A stretch of DNA of 39,123 nucleotides from a virus. The notes beneath the pieces are model-generated. The model did no database searches and was not told the origin of the DNA. It was given only the letters and a program-made list of their open reading frames with translations. The stretch covers positions 1 to 39,123 of the IMG/VR virus record IMGVR_UViG_3300045988_068423. One strand, given 5' to 3'. Numbering within the stretch: position 1 is the stretch's first letter; each line of letters opens with the position of its first letter. This document shows, one piece after another, positions 16,480 through 24,305 of this stretch. A program made the position numbers and the translations under genes.

Positions 16480-17165
16480 AGCACTTAGGCGATATTTGCA
16501 AGATAAACGGCGCTGAGATTGAGCCTGTGTGGTGCATCACAGGCGGCAGCCCGTGTCAGGACTTGAGCATTGCCGGAAAGAGAGCGGGGCTGGCAGGCGC
16601 CCGAAGCGGCCTGTTTATGGAGCAGGTGCGCATTGCAAAAGAAATGCGGGAGGAGGACAAGAGAAATGGACGGACAGGTGAGTTTATTCGCCCTCGATAC
16701 CTCGTATGGGAGAACGTGCCAGGCGCGTTCAGCAGCAACAAAGGGCGGGACTTCGCGGCAGTCCTCGAAGAGATCATCCGCATCGTCGAACCGGAAGCCG
16801 CCGGTATTGATGTGCCTGCAAAGGGTTGGCCGACTTGGGGAGGATACCACGACTGCATGGGTGGACGATGGAGCGTGGCTTGGAGAGTGCATGACGCGCA
16901 ATACTGGGGAGTGCCCCAACGTCGCCGTAGAATCTCGCTTGTCGCAGATTTTGGAGGCGACACCGCCGGCGAAATACTCTTTGACCGCAAAAGCGTGCCT
17001 GGGGATCTTGCGGAGAGCGGAGCGGCGGGGGAAAGACTTGCCGAAGCTGCTGAAAGCGGTTTTAATCCGGCAGTCGCAAGGAGCCTCACCGCAAGAGCAG
17101 ACGGAAGCCCCTGCGCCGACAGAGGCCCCAACATCGTATGCAGTCCGCATCAGGGGGGGGTGTGA
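16476..17165 (+). CDS. C5-cytosine DNA methyltransferase, catalytic-core polypeptide (motifs IV-VIII, no motif I)
   Basis: GGSPCQDLS (IV), VWENVPG (VI), QRRRRISLVADF (VIII). ATGA-coupled start. The frame ends right after a G8 run (17153-17160). Confidence 0.8.
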   Translation: MKHLGDICKINGAEIEPVWCITGGSPCQDLSIAGKRAGLAGARSGLFMEQVRIAKEMREEDKRNGRTGEFIRPRYLVWENVPGAFSSNKGRDFAAVLEEIIRIVEPEAAGIDVPAKGWPTWGGYHDCMGGRWSVAWRVHDAQYWGVPQRRRRISLVADFGGDTAGEILFDRKSVPGDLAESGAAGERLAEAAESGFNPAVARSLTARADGSPCADRGPNIVCSPHQGGV

Positions 17166-18141
17166 CGGCGGAGGAAAAGGCGCGTTAGTGCAGACGGAGA
17201 AAAGCGGGACGCTTGGCACCGGCAACGACCAGACGATATTTGCGGCAATCCCTATCAACGACAAAGCCACCAGATGGCAGGGCGGCGGTGAAAGCCGCAA
17301 CCACGATGGAAGCGGGAACGGGCTGGGAATAGGCAGGGACGGAGACCCGTCACCGACGCTTACCGCAGGAGACCGGCACGGAGTGATGGCGGTGGCGCTG
17401 GATATGACACACGCCTGCGACGTTATCCGCGAGTGCGGGGAGCAAGTATCGGCATTACAGGCGCGAATGGGGACAGGCGGCAACCAAGTGCCGCTTACAT
17501 ACGGTATCGGCAACGGACAAGCCCATGAAGCCAGCATTATGACTGAGGAAGTCAGCCAGACACTGAACACCATGCACGATGCCCAGGCGATTTTATCCCA
17601 GCCCAAAAGCGCGATGGAAGAAAACTGGGCGGAAAGCGAAACGAAGAACGCATTACGCGCCGGAGAAAGCAAAGTGAGCCACGCGGTGATGTGTGAGGAC
17701 GTGAGCCACGCGCTGCGTGCAAAGGCTGCCTGCGCGTACCGGGAGGATGCGGAGACATACCCGGTACAGAACATGGTCGTGCGCCGCCTGACGCCGATGG
17801 AGTGCGAACGGCTGCAAGGTTTCCCGAACCACTGGACTGACATCGGCGAGTGGACGGACGAAAAGGGCAAGGAGCACAAGGACGCGGACAGCCCCCGGTA
17901 CAAAGCACTGGGTAACTCCATCGCCCTGCCCTTCTGGGAGTGGATGCTGCGGCGCATGGCGCGGTATCTGCCGGAGCGGGCAACGCTGGGGAGCCTGTTT
18001 GACGGCATAGGCGGATTCCCGCTTTGCTGGGAGCGCATTCACGGCCAAAGAACGGCCAGATGGGCGAGCGAGATCGAGCAGTTTCCCGTTGCTGTGACAA
18101 AAATACGATTTCCGGAGGAAGGAGAAGAAGATGGCATTTGA
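16666..18141 (+). CDS. C5-methyltransferase target-recognition/C-terminal polypeptide, with motif I appended at its C-terminus (frame +1, overlaps 16476-17165 by 500 nt)
   Basis: AGGAGG sits 9 nt before ATG 16666. LSQILE..KYSLTAKAC, RRLTPMECERLQGFP (IX), GNSIALP (X), then LFDGIGGF (I) and ASEIE at the extreme C-terminus. Confidence 0.65.
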   Translation: MDGQVSLFALDTSYGRTCQARSAATKGGTSRQSSKRSSASSNRKPPVLMCLQRVGRLGEDTTTAWVDDGAWLGECMTRNTGECPNVAVESRLSQILEATPPAKYSLTAKACLGILRRAERRGKDLPKLLKAVLIRQSQGASPQEQTEAPAPTEAPTSYAVRIRGGCDGGGKGALVQTEKSGTLGTGNDQTIFAAIPINDKATRWQGGGESRNHDGSGNGLGIGRDGDPSPTLTAGDRHGVMAVALDMTHACDVIRECGEQVSALQARMGTGGNQVPLTYGIGNGQAHEASIMTEEVSQTLNTMHDAQAILSQPKSAMEENWAESETKNALRAGESKVSHAVMCEDVSHALRAKAACAYREDAETYPVQNMVVRRLTPMECERLQGFPNHWTDIGEWTDEKGKEHKDADSPRYKALGNSIALPFWEWMLRRMARYLPERATLGSLFDGIGGFPLCWERIHGQRTARWASEIEQFPVAVTKIRFPEEGEEDGI

Positions 18142-18424
18142 AATGATCCGAGGGGTTACATACACCCGCCAAAACCTTGAAGCGCTTACGGGTATGCCCG
18201 ACAGGGCGAACCGGCAGATGATCCGAGCCCAGCGGCGGCAGGGGGTGCCCATTGTGGCTCTTCCGGATGGCGGCTACAAACTGGCCGAGACAGACGAGGA
18301 GAAGAAGATGCTCCTTGCCATGTACCGCAAGCGGGCTTTGGACGAGCTGGGCACATACCACCGCCTTGCCAAAGCAATGCAGGTGGATGGGCAGATGGAG
18401 GTGGCGGGGTATGAAATGGTATAA
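18131..18424 (+). CDS. Hypothetical protein
   Basis: 97 aa. Overlaps the MTase stop by 11 nt and is coupled to the next gene. Confidence 0.6.
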   Translation: MAFEMIRGVTYTRQNLEALTGMPDRANRQMIRAQRRQGVPIVALPDGGYKLAETDEEKKMLLAMYRKRALDELGTYHRLAKAMQVDGQMEVAGYEMV

Positions 18425-19487
18425 CACTCCGTTGACGAACGAGGCTGCCAAGAAATTGCTATCCCTTGATTTGGATGACAAGGTCATCACAAGCGTTGAG
18501 AAACTGTATGAGTGGTACACCGTGTGGGGCGGACAGTGTTATGTTTCATTTTCCGGTGGAAAGGACAGCACGGTGCTGGCGTATCTGGCGGCTTGGTACT
18601 TTTCGAGCTTCAGGACACCGCCGTGGGAGCTGAACTTGGTGTTTGTGAACACTGGGTTGGAGTACCCGGAGATACAGAAGTTCGTCAACGAGTACGCCGA
18701 CTGGCTGCGGAGGGAGTTTCCCCGCGTGAACGTAAACCTTCACCGTCTACGCCCGAAGATGAACATTCGGCAGGTGGTGACGAAGTACGGGTACAGCATC
18801 GTGAGCAAAGAGGTGGCCGCTTATGTTGAGGAAGCGAGAATAAAGCCGGACGGACGTTCTGCGGCTCGACTTCGTGGAGAATACTTGAGAAGTAATGGAA
18901 CTCCAAGCGATTTTAACTGTCAAAAGTGGGAGTATCTTTTATTCGCACCATTCGCAATATCGTCAAGATGCTGCGCGGTAATGAAAAAGCAGCCCATGAA
19001 CGGCTATGCGAGAAAAACGCAGCGTGTCCCTACTATGGCTACAATGGCGCAGGAAAGTCGGTTAAGAACGAAGGTGTGGTTAAAAACTGGGTGCAATGCC
19101 TTTGAAGGGAAACACCCAGCAGGAAAGCCCATGAGCTTTTGGACGGAGCAGGACGTGCTTCGCTTCATCGTAGACCGCCAACTCCCCTACGCCAGCGTGT
19201 ACGGCGAAATCGTAGCAAACGATGGCGAGAACGACTACGATGCGACGCTGACGGAATGCCCGCTGCACTGTACGGGATGCCAGCGCACGGGCTGCATGTT
19301 CTGCGCGTTCGGCGCTCATCTCGAAAAGGGAGAAAACCGGTTTGAGCGCATGAAGCACACGCACCCGAAGCACTATGACTTTTGCATCGGCGGCGGGGCG
19401 TATGACCCTGTGGACGGTCTGTGGAAGCCAACTGAAAAGGGGCTTGGCTACGCCAGAGTATTGGATTACATCGGAGTGAGGTATTGA
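18411..19487 (+). CDS. PAPS-reductase-family PP-loop protein with C-terminal Cys cluster
   Basis: SFSGGKDS PP-loop, and a C-terminal CTGCQRTGCMFC cluster. Start taken at MKWYNT (the ATG overlaps the previous gene). Confidence 0.8.
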   Translation: MKWYNTPLTNEAAKKLLSLDLDDKVITSVEKLYEWYTVWGGQCYVSFSGGKDSTVLAYLAAWYFSSFRTPPWELNLVFVNTGLEYPEIQKFVNEYADWLRREFPRVNVNLHRLRPKMNIRQVVTKYGYSIVSKEVAAYVEEARIKPDGRSAARLRGEYLRSNGTPSDFNCQKWEYLLFAPFAISSRCCAVMKKQPMNGYARKTQRVPTMATMAQESRLRTKVWLKTGCNAFEGKHPAGKPMSFWTEQDVLRFIVDRQLPYASVYGEIVANDGENDYDATLTECPLHCTGCQRTGCMFCAFGAHLEKGENRFERMKHTHPKHYDFCIGGGAYDPVDGLWKPTEKGLGYARVLDYIGVRY

Positions 19488-19488
19488 G

Positions 19489-19680
19489 ATGACGGTATAC
19501 ATGCGAGTAAGCCGGGACAAGTACGAGCTACCGGATGCCGTTGCGGAATCTATTATCGAGCTGGCCAACATTTGCGGCGTCAGCTGGCGGACGATCTACC
19601 GGGCCGTGTACGGAGGCAAGCGTACCAAAGGGCGGCCCAAGTATGTGGCCGTACCAATAGGGGAGGGAGACGATGATTGA
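19489..19680 (+). CDS. Small HTH protein
   Basis: 63 aa, with ELANICGVSWRTIYRAV as an HTH. Confidence 0.55.
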   Translation: MTVYMRVSRDKYELPDAVAESIIELANICGVSWRTIYRAVYGGKRTKGRPKYVAVPIGEGDDD

Positions 19681-20053
19681 GATCACGGTGCCGCTGGCGC
19701 CCGTCACAAAGAAAAACTCTATGCGGATCATGCATAGCAGCAAAACGGGGAGGCCGTTTATTATGCCGTCCCAGAAGTATATGGACTACGAGGCGGAAGC
19801 TGTATGGCACTGCAAAAAGGCCAGAGTGCAGCGTCCCATTGAGGAGCCTGTGGAGGTCAAATGCCTGTTTTATATGCCTACCCGGCGGCGAGTGGATTTG
19901 ACAAATCTGCTGGAATCCATCGACGATGTGCTCGTAGGGGCCGGTGTGCTCAAGGACGACCACAGCGGCATTATCGTTAGCCACGATGGGAGTCGGGTGC
20001 TGTACGACAAGCAGAATCCACGCACGGAGGTGTACATAGCCGACTATGAATGA
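19673..20053 (+). CDS. rusA: RusA-family Holliday junction resolvase
   Basis: PVTKKNSMRI...RRRVDLTNLLESIDDVLVGAGVLKDD fits the RusA pattern. Confidence 0.8.
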   Translation: MIEITVPLAPVTKKNSMRIMHSSKTGRPFIMPSQKYMDYEAEAVWHCKKARVQRPIEEPVEVKCLFYMPTRRRVDLTNLLESIDDVLVGAGVLKDDHSGIIVSHDGSRVLYDKQNPRTEVYIADYE

Positions 20054-20630
20054 TTTTGATTACGACTGCATGCAGAAAAAACGCATAGCGATGGGTGCAT
20101 TTGCACACATCAACAGAAAACGCGGTGGGTGTTCGCTCCCCAGCGACACCCTCACCGAAAAGCAGAGGAAGGAGAAAAACGGAGAAGTGAAAAGCTATAA
20201 TATCACGCGGCCTATGCCGTGGCATGAATTTAAGGCTATGCCGGAGGATCTGAAGCGCGAGTTTTTCCGCAACATGCAATCTTTCGGTGGTACGGCCAAA
20301 TGGCTTGCGGAGGAAATGGGCGCATCCGATCAAACAATTATAGCCTACGCCGAAAGGGTAGGCGCACCTTTCCGGCGCGGCGGAAGAAACGCGGGGATGT
20401 GGCAGCGTAAAATCATGGAGTGGGCTAATGCGGATGCGGTGGACATACATACGGCGGATGCGCAGGTTGAGGGGGGGCACATCATCTCCGATGCGCCGAA
20501 AGCCGAAAAGCCGAATATCGGCGTAAAGCTGCTACATGCCCGGCTGGAGATGAGCGGCAATAGGGAGTCCCTGCTGGCAAATCTGCGGGTGCTGATGCCG
20601 GATGAAGGGCGGGTGACGGTGGAATGGTGA
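20046..20630 (+). CDS. Hypothetical protein (possible HTH)
   Basis: 194 aa, coupled to its flanking genes. Confidence 0.55.
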   Translation: MNDFDYDCMQKKRIAMGAFAHINRKRGGCSLPSDTLTEKQRKEKNGEVKSYNITRPMPWHEFKAMPEDLKREFFRNMQSFGGTAKWLAEEMGASDQTIIAYAERVGAPFRRGGRNAGMWQRKIMEWANADAVDIHTADAQVEGGHIISDAPKAEKPNIGVKLLHARLEMSGNRESLLANLRVLMPDEGRVTVEW

Positions 20631-21073
20631 AAAGAAGCGTGTTAATCGCGGCGCTGCTTGTAGCAATCTTGGGGGCATTGGGCATTGCGTCTGCCACGGA
20701 GGACAGCGGGCAAACGCAGGAGACTGTAGTTGTGCCGCCGGGGGTGGTTCTGCCCCGCGATGAGCCGCAGGAGACCCAGGAGACGCGGACGTGCGTATTT
20801 ACCGTAACTGCATATTGCCCGTGCTGGAAATGCTGTGGAGCCTATGCAAACGGCTATACAGCCACCGGCGCAAAAGCCACGCAGGGCGTGACGGTCGCCG
20901 CAGACCCGGATGTGCTGCCGATGGGCACGGAGATACAGATAGATGGCCATACATACACCGTGCAGGACACCGGCGGCGCCATTGCCGGGAATCGGCTGGA
21001 TCTGTATTTTGACAGCCACGAGGACGCCTTGCGGTGGGGCGTGCAAGAAAAAGTTGTGAGGTGGGCCGAATGA
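20624..21073 (+). CDS. Secreted 3D-domain protein (cell-wall-active, MltA/YabE-like domain)
   Basis: Signal peptide MVKRSVLIAALLVAILGALGIASA. 3D-domain pattern TAYCP...TATG...VAADPDVLPMGT...DTGGAIAGNRLDLYF. Confidence 0.75.
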   Translation: MVKRSVLIAALLVAILGALGIASATEDSGQTQETVVVPPGVVLPRDEPQETQETRTCVFTVTAYCPCWKCCGAYANGYTATGAKATQGVTVAADPDVLPMGTEIQIDGHTYTVQDTGGAIAGNRLDLYFDSHEDALRWGVQEKVVRWAE

Positions 21074-21675
21074 ATCAAATCGCGCTGAATGTAGACTGCA
21101 TGGAGTATATGCAGGCGCTACCGGATAAAGCATTTGATCTTGCCATTGTTGACCCACCGTATGGAATTAGCATTCATGATAGTGGCCGATTGAAAAAATA
21201 CAATGCCACTGAAACAAGATGGGACGATGCGACTCCGGGTGATGTGTATTTTAGCGAATTAAAAAGATGCAGCAAAAACCAAATAATATGGGGGGGGAAT
21301 TATTACGATCTTCCGCCTTGTAGGGGATTTGTTATTTGGGACAAAAAGCAGCCGGAAGATATTTCTTTTGCATCTTGCGAATTTGCATGGACTTCTTTCG
21401 ATACATCTGCGAGAACTTTTTATTACTCGCCGTTGCAAGAAAAGGGGCAAAGAATTCATCCAACGCAAAAGCCCGTGGCATTGTACGAGTGGCTGCTGAT
21501 GAAGTACGCCAAAGAAGGCTGGCGCATACTGGATACACACTTGGGCAGTGGAAGCAGCAGGATAGCTGCTTACAACCTCGGCTTTGAGTTTGTGGGGTGC
21601 GAGATCGAACCGACATATTTCCAACTGCAAGAACAGCGGTTTGCGGATCATACGGCGCAGGAAAGGATGTGGTAG
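21070..21675 (+). CDS. DPPY-motif DNA methyltransferase (N6-adenine or N4-cytosine, beta-class order)
   Basis: IVDPPYG comes before DTHLGSGSS (AdoMet site). ATGA-coupled. Confidence 0.8.
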   Translation: MNQIALNVDCMEYMQALPDKAFDLAIVDPPYGISIHDSGRLKKYNATETRWDDATPGDVYFSELKRCSKNQIIWGGNYYDLPPCRGFVIWDKKQPEDISFASCEFAWTSFDTSARTFYYSPLQEKGQRIHPTQKPVALYEWLLMKYAKEGWRILDTHLGSGSSRIAAYNLGFEFVGCEIEPTYFQLQEQRFADHTAQERMW

Positions 21676-21677
21676 GA

Positions 21678-21878
21678 GTGAAAAGCCCCTGCGTAAAAGA
21701 TTGCCCGGACAGGCTCCCCTGCGGGGCCTGCCGGAAGAGCTGCGAGGCGTTCCGGGCATATGAGGCCAAGCGGCTGGAGGAAAAGCCCTGGGTGGATCGG
21801 TCCAACACCGCCGCCCGGGAGCGCTATGTGCGGCAGAGCGCAAGGTTTGCAAAGGCTGGGAAACGACACATGAGATAG
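21678..21878 (+). CDS. Small Cys-rich protein
   Basis: GTG start 2 nt after the previous stop. Contains KSPCVKDCPDRLPCGACRKSC. Confidence 0.45.
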   Translation: MKSPCVKDCPDRLPCGACRKSCEAFRAYEAKRLEEKPWVDRSNTAARERYVRQSARFAKAGKRHMR

Positions 21879-21990
21879 GAGGATGACAATATCAACGAGG
21901 CGCACCGCTACTTTACGGCGGAGGCGGATATCAACGTGAATAAGCTCAGAGAGAGCTTCAAATTTTAATAAAAATCAGGAGGAATTTATC

Positions 21991-22278
21991 ATGAACAATC
22001 AGGACTATATCGTTCGCTGTGACCGTGCAGGAGTATTCTTCGGCAAGATCAAGGAACGCAACGGCTCCGAGATCACCATGACTGAGGTTCGTAAGTTGTG
22101 GGGCTGGGACGGCGCGTGTGCCGTTGAGCAGTTGGCGCAGGATGGCACAAAAACACCGGGCAACTGCCGTTTTACCGTGACGATCCCGGAAATGACTGTG
22201 CTGGGCGCGATCCAGATCATCCCGTGCACGGATAAGGCATCGGTATCGCTTCGCGGCGTAAAGGAGTGGAGGAGATGA
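21991..22278 (+). CDS. Hypothetical protein
   Basis: CAGGAGG RBS. 95 aa. Confidence 0.65.
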   Translation: MNNQDYIVRCDRAGVFFGKIKERNGSEITMTEVRKLWGWDGACAVEQLAQDGTKTPGNCRFTVTIPEMTVLGAIQIIPCTDKASVSLRGVKEWRR

Positions 22279-23024
22279 CGCTTGATGATAAGGTCAAGGC
22301 ATTCCTGTCAGTGAACTCCGGCGACGGCTCCGGCTACGGCGACGGCTCCGGCGACGGCTCCGGCTACGGCTACGGCGACGGCTCCGGCGACGGCTCCGGC
22401 TACGGCTACGGCTCCGGCTCCGGCGACGGCTCCGGCTACGGCTACGGCTCCGGCTACGGCGACGGCTCCGGCTACGGCGACGGCTCCGGCTCCGGCTACG
22501 GCTCCGGCTCCGGCGACGGCTCCGGCTACGGCTCCGGCTACGGCGACGGCTACGGAATTAAGAGCTTCAATCGGGAAACGGTCTATCGAATTGACGGCGT
22601 AAACACGCTGATTCGTTCCGTGCGCGGCAACACTGCGCACGGGACAATCGTGAACGTCGGTTTGACGCTCACGCCGTGCTACATCGTCAAGCAGGACAAT
22701 GTTTTTGCACACGGCGAAACGCTGCGCGAAGCAATGGAGGCGCTGCGAGACAAGCTTTTCGAGGATATGCCGGAAGACGAACGTATAGATGCGTTCCTGC
22801 GCGAAACCGACCGCGAGAAAGCATATCCGACACAGTATTTTTACGACTGGCATCACCGATTGACCGGATCGTGTGACATGGGCAGAAAACAGTTTGCTCG
22901 CGATCACGGCGCTGACCTTGAGCACGGCATGATGACGCTGACGGAGTTTTTGGAGTTGACCAAAAACTCTTACGGCGGCGATGTGATCCGAAAAGTGATT
23001 AGTAAGATGCAGGAGGTGGAGTGA
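22275..23024 (+). CDS. Protein with a long (G-D/S/Y)n low-complexity N-terminus and a globular C-terminal domain
   Basis: AAGGAG RBS and ATGA overlap. About 80 residues of GDGSGYGYGSGS repeats are followed by YRIDGVNTLIR...AHGETLREAMEAL. Confidence 0.7.
   Translation: MTLDDKVKAFLSVNSGDGSGYGDGSGDGSGYGYGDGSGDGSGYGYGSGSGDGSGYGYGSGYGDGSGYGDGSGSGYGSGSGDGSGYGSGYGDGYGIKSFNRETVYRIDGVNTLIRSVRGNTAHGTIVNVGLTLTPCYIVKQDNVFAHGETLREAMEALRDKLFEDMPEDERIDAFLRETDREKAYPTQYFYDWHHRLTGSCDMGRKQFARDHGADLEHGMMTLTEFLELTKNSYGGDVIRKVISKMQEVE
22318..22556 (+). repeat. Tandem hexanucleotide-based repeat (GGCTCC/GGCTAC/GGCGAC units)
   Basis: About 240 bp composed almost entirely of three 6-nt units, in frame within the CDS. 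Confidence 0.9.
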
Positions 23025-23146
23025 TGCGGTTAACTATTGTCTTCAAGGACGAGTTTGAGGAGCACATGAAAAAGCAATTCGGGTCTTTCACGAATCCGCA
23101 GGTATATGGCGTGAAGTCCGTACACATGGAAGGTGGGTATCTATGA
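23024..23146 (+). CDS. Small hypothetical protein (40 aa)
   Basis: TGATG overlap with the previous gene. Below the ORF-track cut-off. Confidence 0.3.
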   Translation: MRLTIVFKDEFEEHMKKQFGSFTNPQVYGVKSVHMEGGYL

Positions 23147-23216
23147 TGAAAATTGCACGGTTCCGGTGGCGATTACTAAAGCACCGCAAAGCTGGTGCTA
23201 TGTGGAGGAAATGTGA

Positions 23217-23618
23217 ATGAAAAAAATTACTTTTGACGACTTGCGCCAGCTTTTGCTTTACCGGCGCATTGTGAAGTGGAACGACGACCGCATTGAACTG
23301 GACAACGGCGTAAAAATCCGCATTGAAATGACGGACTACGACTGTTGCGCTTATGCGTCCGGTGTATTTAAGAATGTGGTGCTGGATGCCGCTATCACCA
23401 GCGTTTCGGAAATAGAACGCGAAAAATGGGAGGATAGTGATACCTACGGCTGCCGCGCAAGGGTGACGATCATGCACAACATGAACCCTATTTGCGAGGC
23501 ATACGCAAACGCAGACGCTGGGAACGGCGGTTATTACTACTCCATTGCATCGTTTATCGTGACGATGCCCGGTGTAGACGAAGAGGGCGCGTGCGAGTTC
23601 GCAAATAGCGAATTTTAG
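23217..23618 (+). CDS. Hypothetical protein
   Basis: 133 aa. GGAGGAAATGTGA lies upstream. Confidence 0.6.
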   Translation: MKKITFDDLRQLLLYRRIVKWNDDRIELDNGVKIRIEMTDYDCCAYASGVFKNVVLDAAITSVSEIEREKWEDSDTYGCRARVTIMHNMNPICEAYANADAGNGGYYYSIASFIVTMPGVDEEGACEFANSEF

Positions 23619-23662
23619 TTTTAGGAGTAGTACGGCGCTACTTTTGACAGGAGGATTTTGTG

Positions 23663-23881
23663 ATGACCGAATTGAAACCATGCCCGTTCTGTGGCAATAC
23701 AAAAATTGGCGTTGTCAGGTCAAAGTACAATGGTGTCCCCTCTGGTGATGACGGTTGGCGTGCTGAGATCAAGTGCAAGTGCGGAGCCAACATGAAATTT
23801 TGGGCACTTAAAAAGTCTTGGGCAGAAGAAACCGCAATCTCAGCATGGAACAGGAGGGCTGACAATGACAGCAACCAATGA
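23663..23881 (+). CDS. lar: Lar-family restriction alleviation protein
   Basis: LKPCPFCG...CKCGA...AISAWNRR matches the Lar_restr_allev pattern. Confidence 0.7.
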   Translation: MTELKPCPFCGNTKIGVVRSKYNGVPSGDDGWRAEIKCKCGANMKFWALKKSWAEETAISAWNRRADNDSNQ

Positions 23882-24305
23882 AGAACTCGCCCTGCTGGAA
23901 AAGTGGAAGCGAAAACTCTGCTTGCAGGAGTGGCGGATAAGGCTGTTGACCCACCTACGCCCCGAAGAAATGACGATGAGTGATGCCGCCGGCTGTTCCG
24001 AGTGGTCAGAATCAATTAAGACCGCTCGTGTCGAGATCATTGACCCCGCCTACTACGGCGACCGCATTATGCCGTTCGATTTTGAAAAGACGCTGGTACA
24101 TGAGCTACTACACCTGAAATTCTCCTTCTGGTGTCGGAACGAAGATGATGTTGGTGATAGAGTCATGCACCAGATGATTGATGACCTCGCAAGAGCTTTG
24201 ACGGAATGCGGCGCGCAGGAGAACAAACACACGGCGATAAAGGGGTATTACTGCTGGCGTTGCGGGGCGAAGATGGACGGAGGCGACAACAATGAGGCTG
24301 ATTGA
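23865..24305 (+). CDS. Hypothetical protein with HExxH motif (possible metallopeptidase-like)
   Basis: Contains TLVHELLHLKF and a C-terminal CWRCG. Confidence 0.5.
   Translation: MTATNEELALLEKWKRKLCLQEWRIRLLTHLRPEEMTMSDAAGCSEWSESIKTARVEIIDPAYYGDRIMPFDFEKTLVHELLHLKFSFWCRNEDDVGDRVMHQMIDDLARALTECGAQENKHTAIKGYYCWRCGAKMDGGDNNEAD

Noticed and set aside
16485-18038. 517-aa ORF on the minus strand, antisense to the methyltransferase locus
   Set aside because: It has no RBS and its Ser/Pro/Arg/Ala-rich composition is typical of an antisense shadow of a GC-rich gene. The plus strand carries clear methyltransferase motifs.
21876-21963. 29 in-frame sense codons after the TAG stop of gene 21678-21878 (possible read-through or stop-codon recoding)
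   Set aside because: TAG also terminates the tail-fibre gene (2418-4328) with no sign of read-through there. The extension is short and could be chance.
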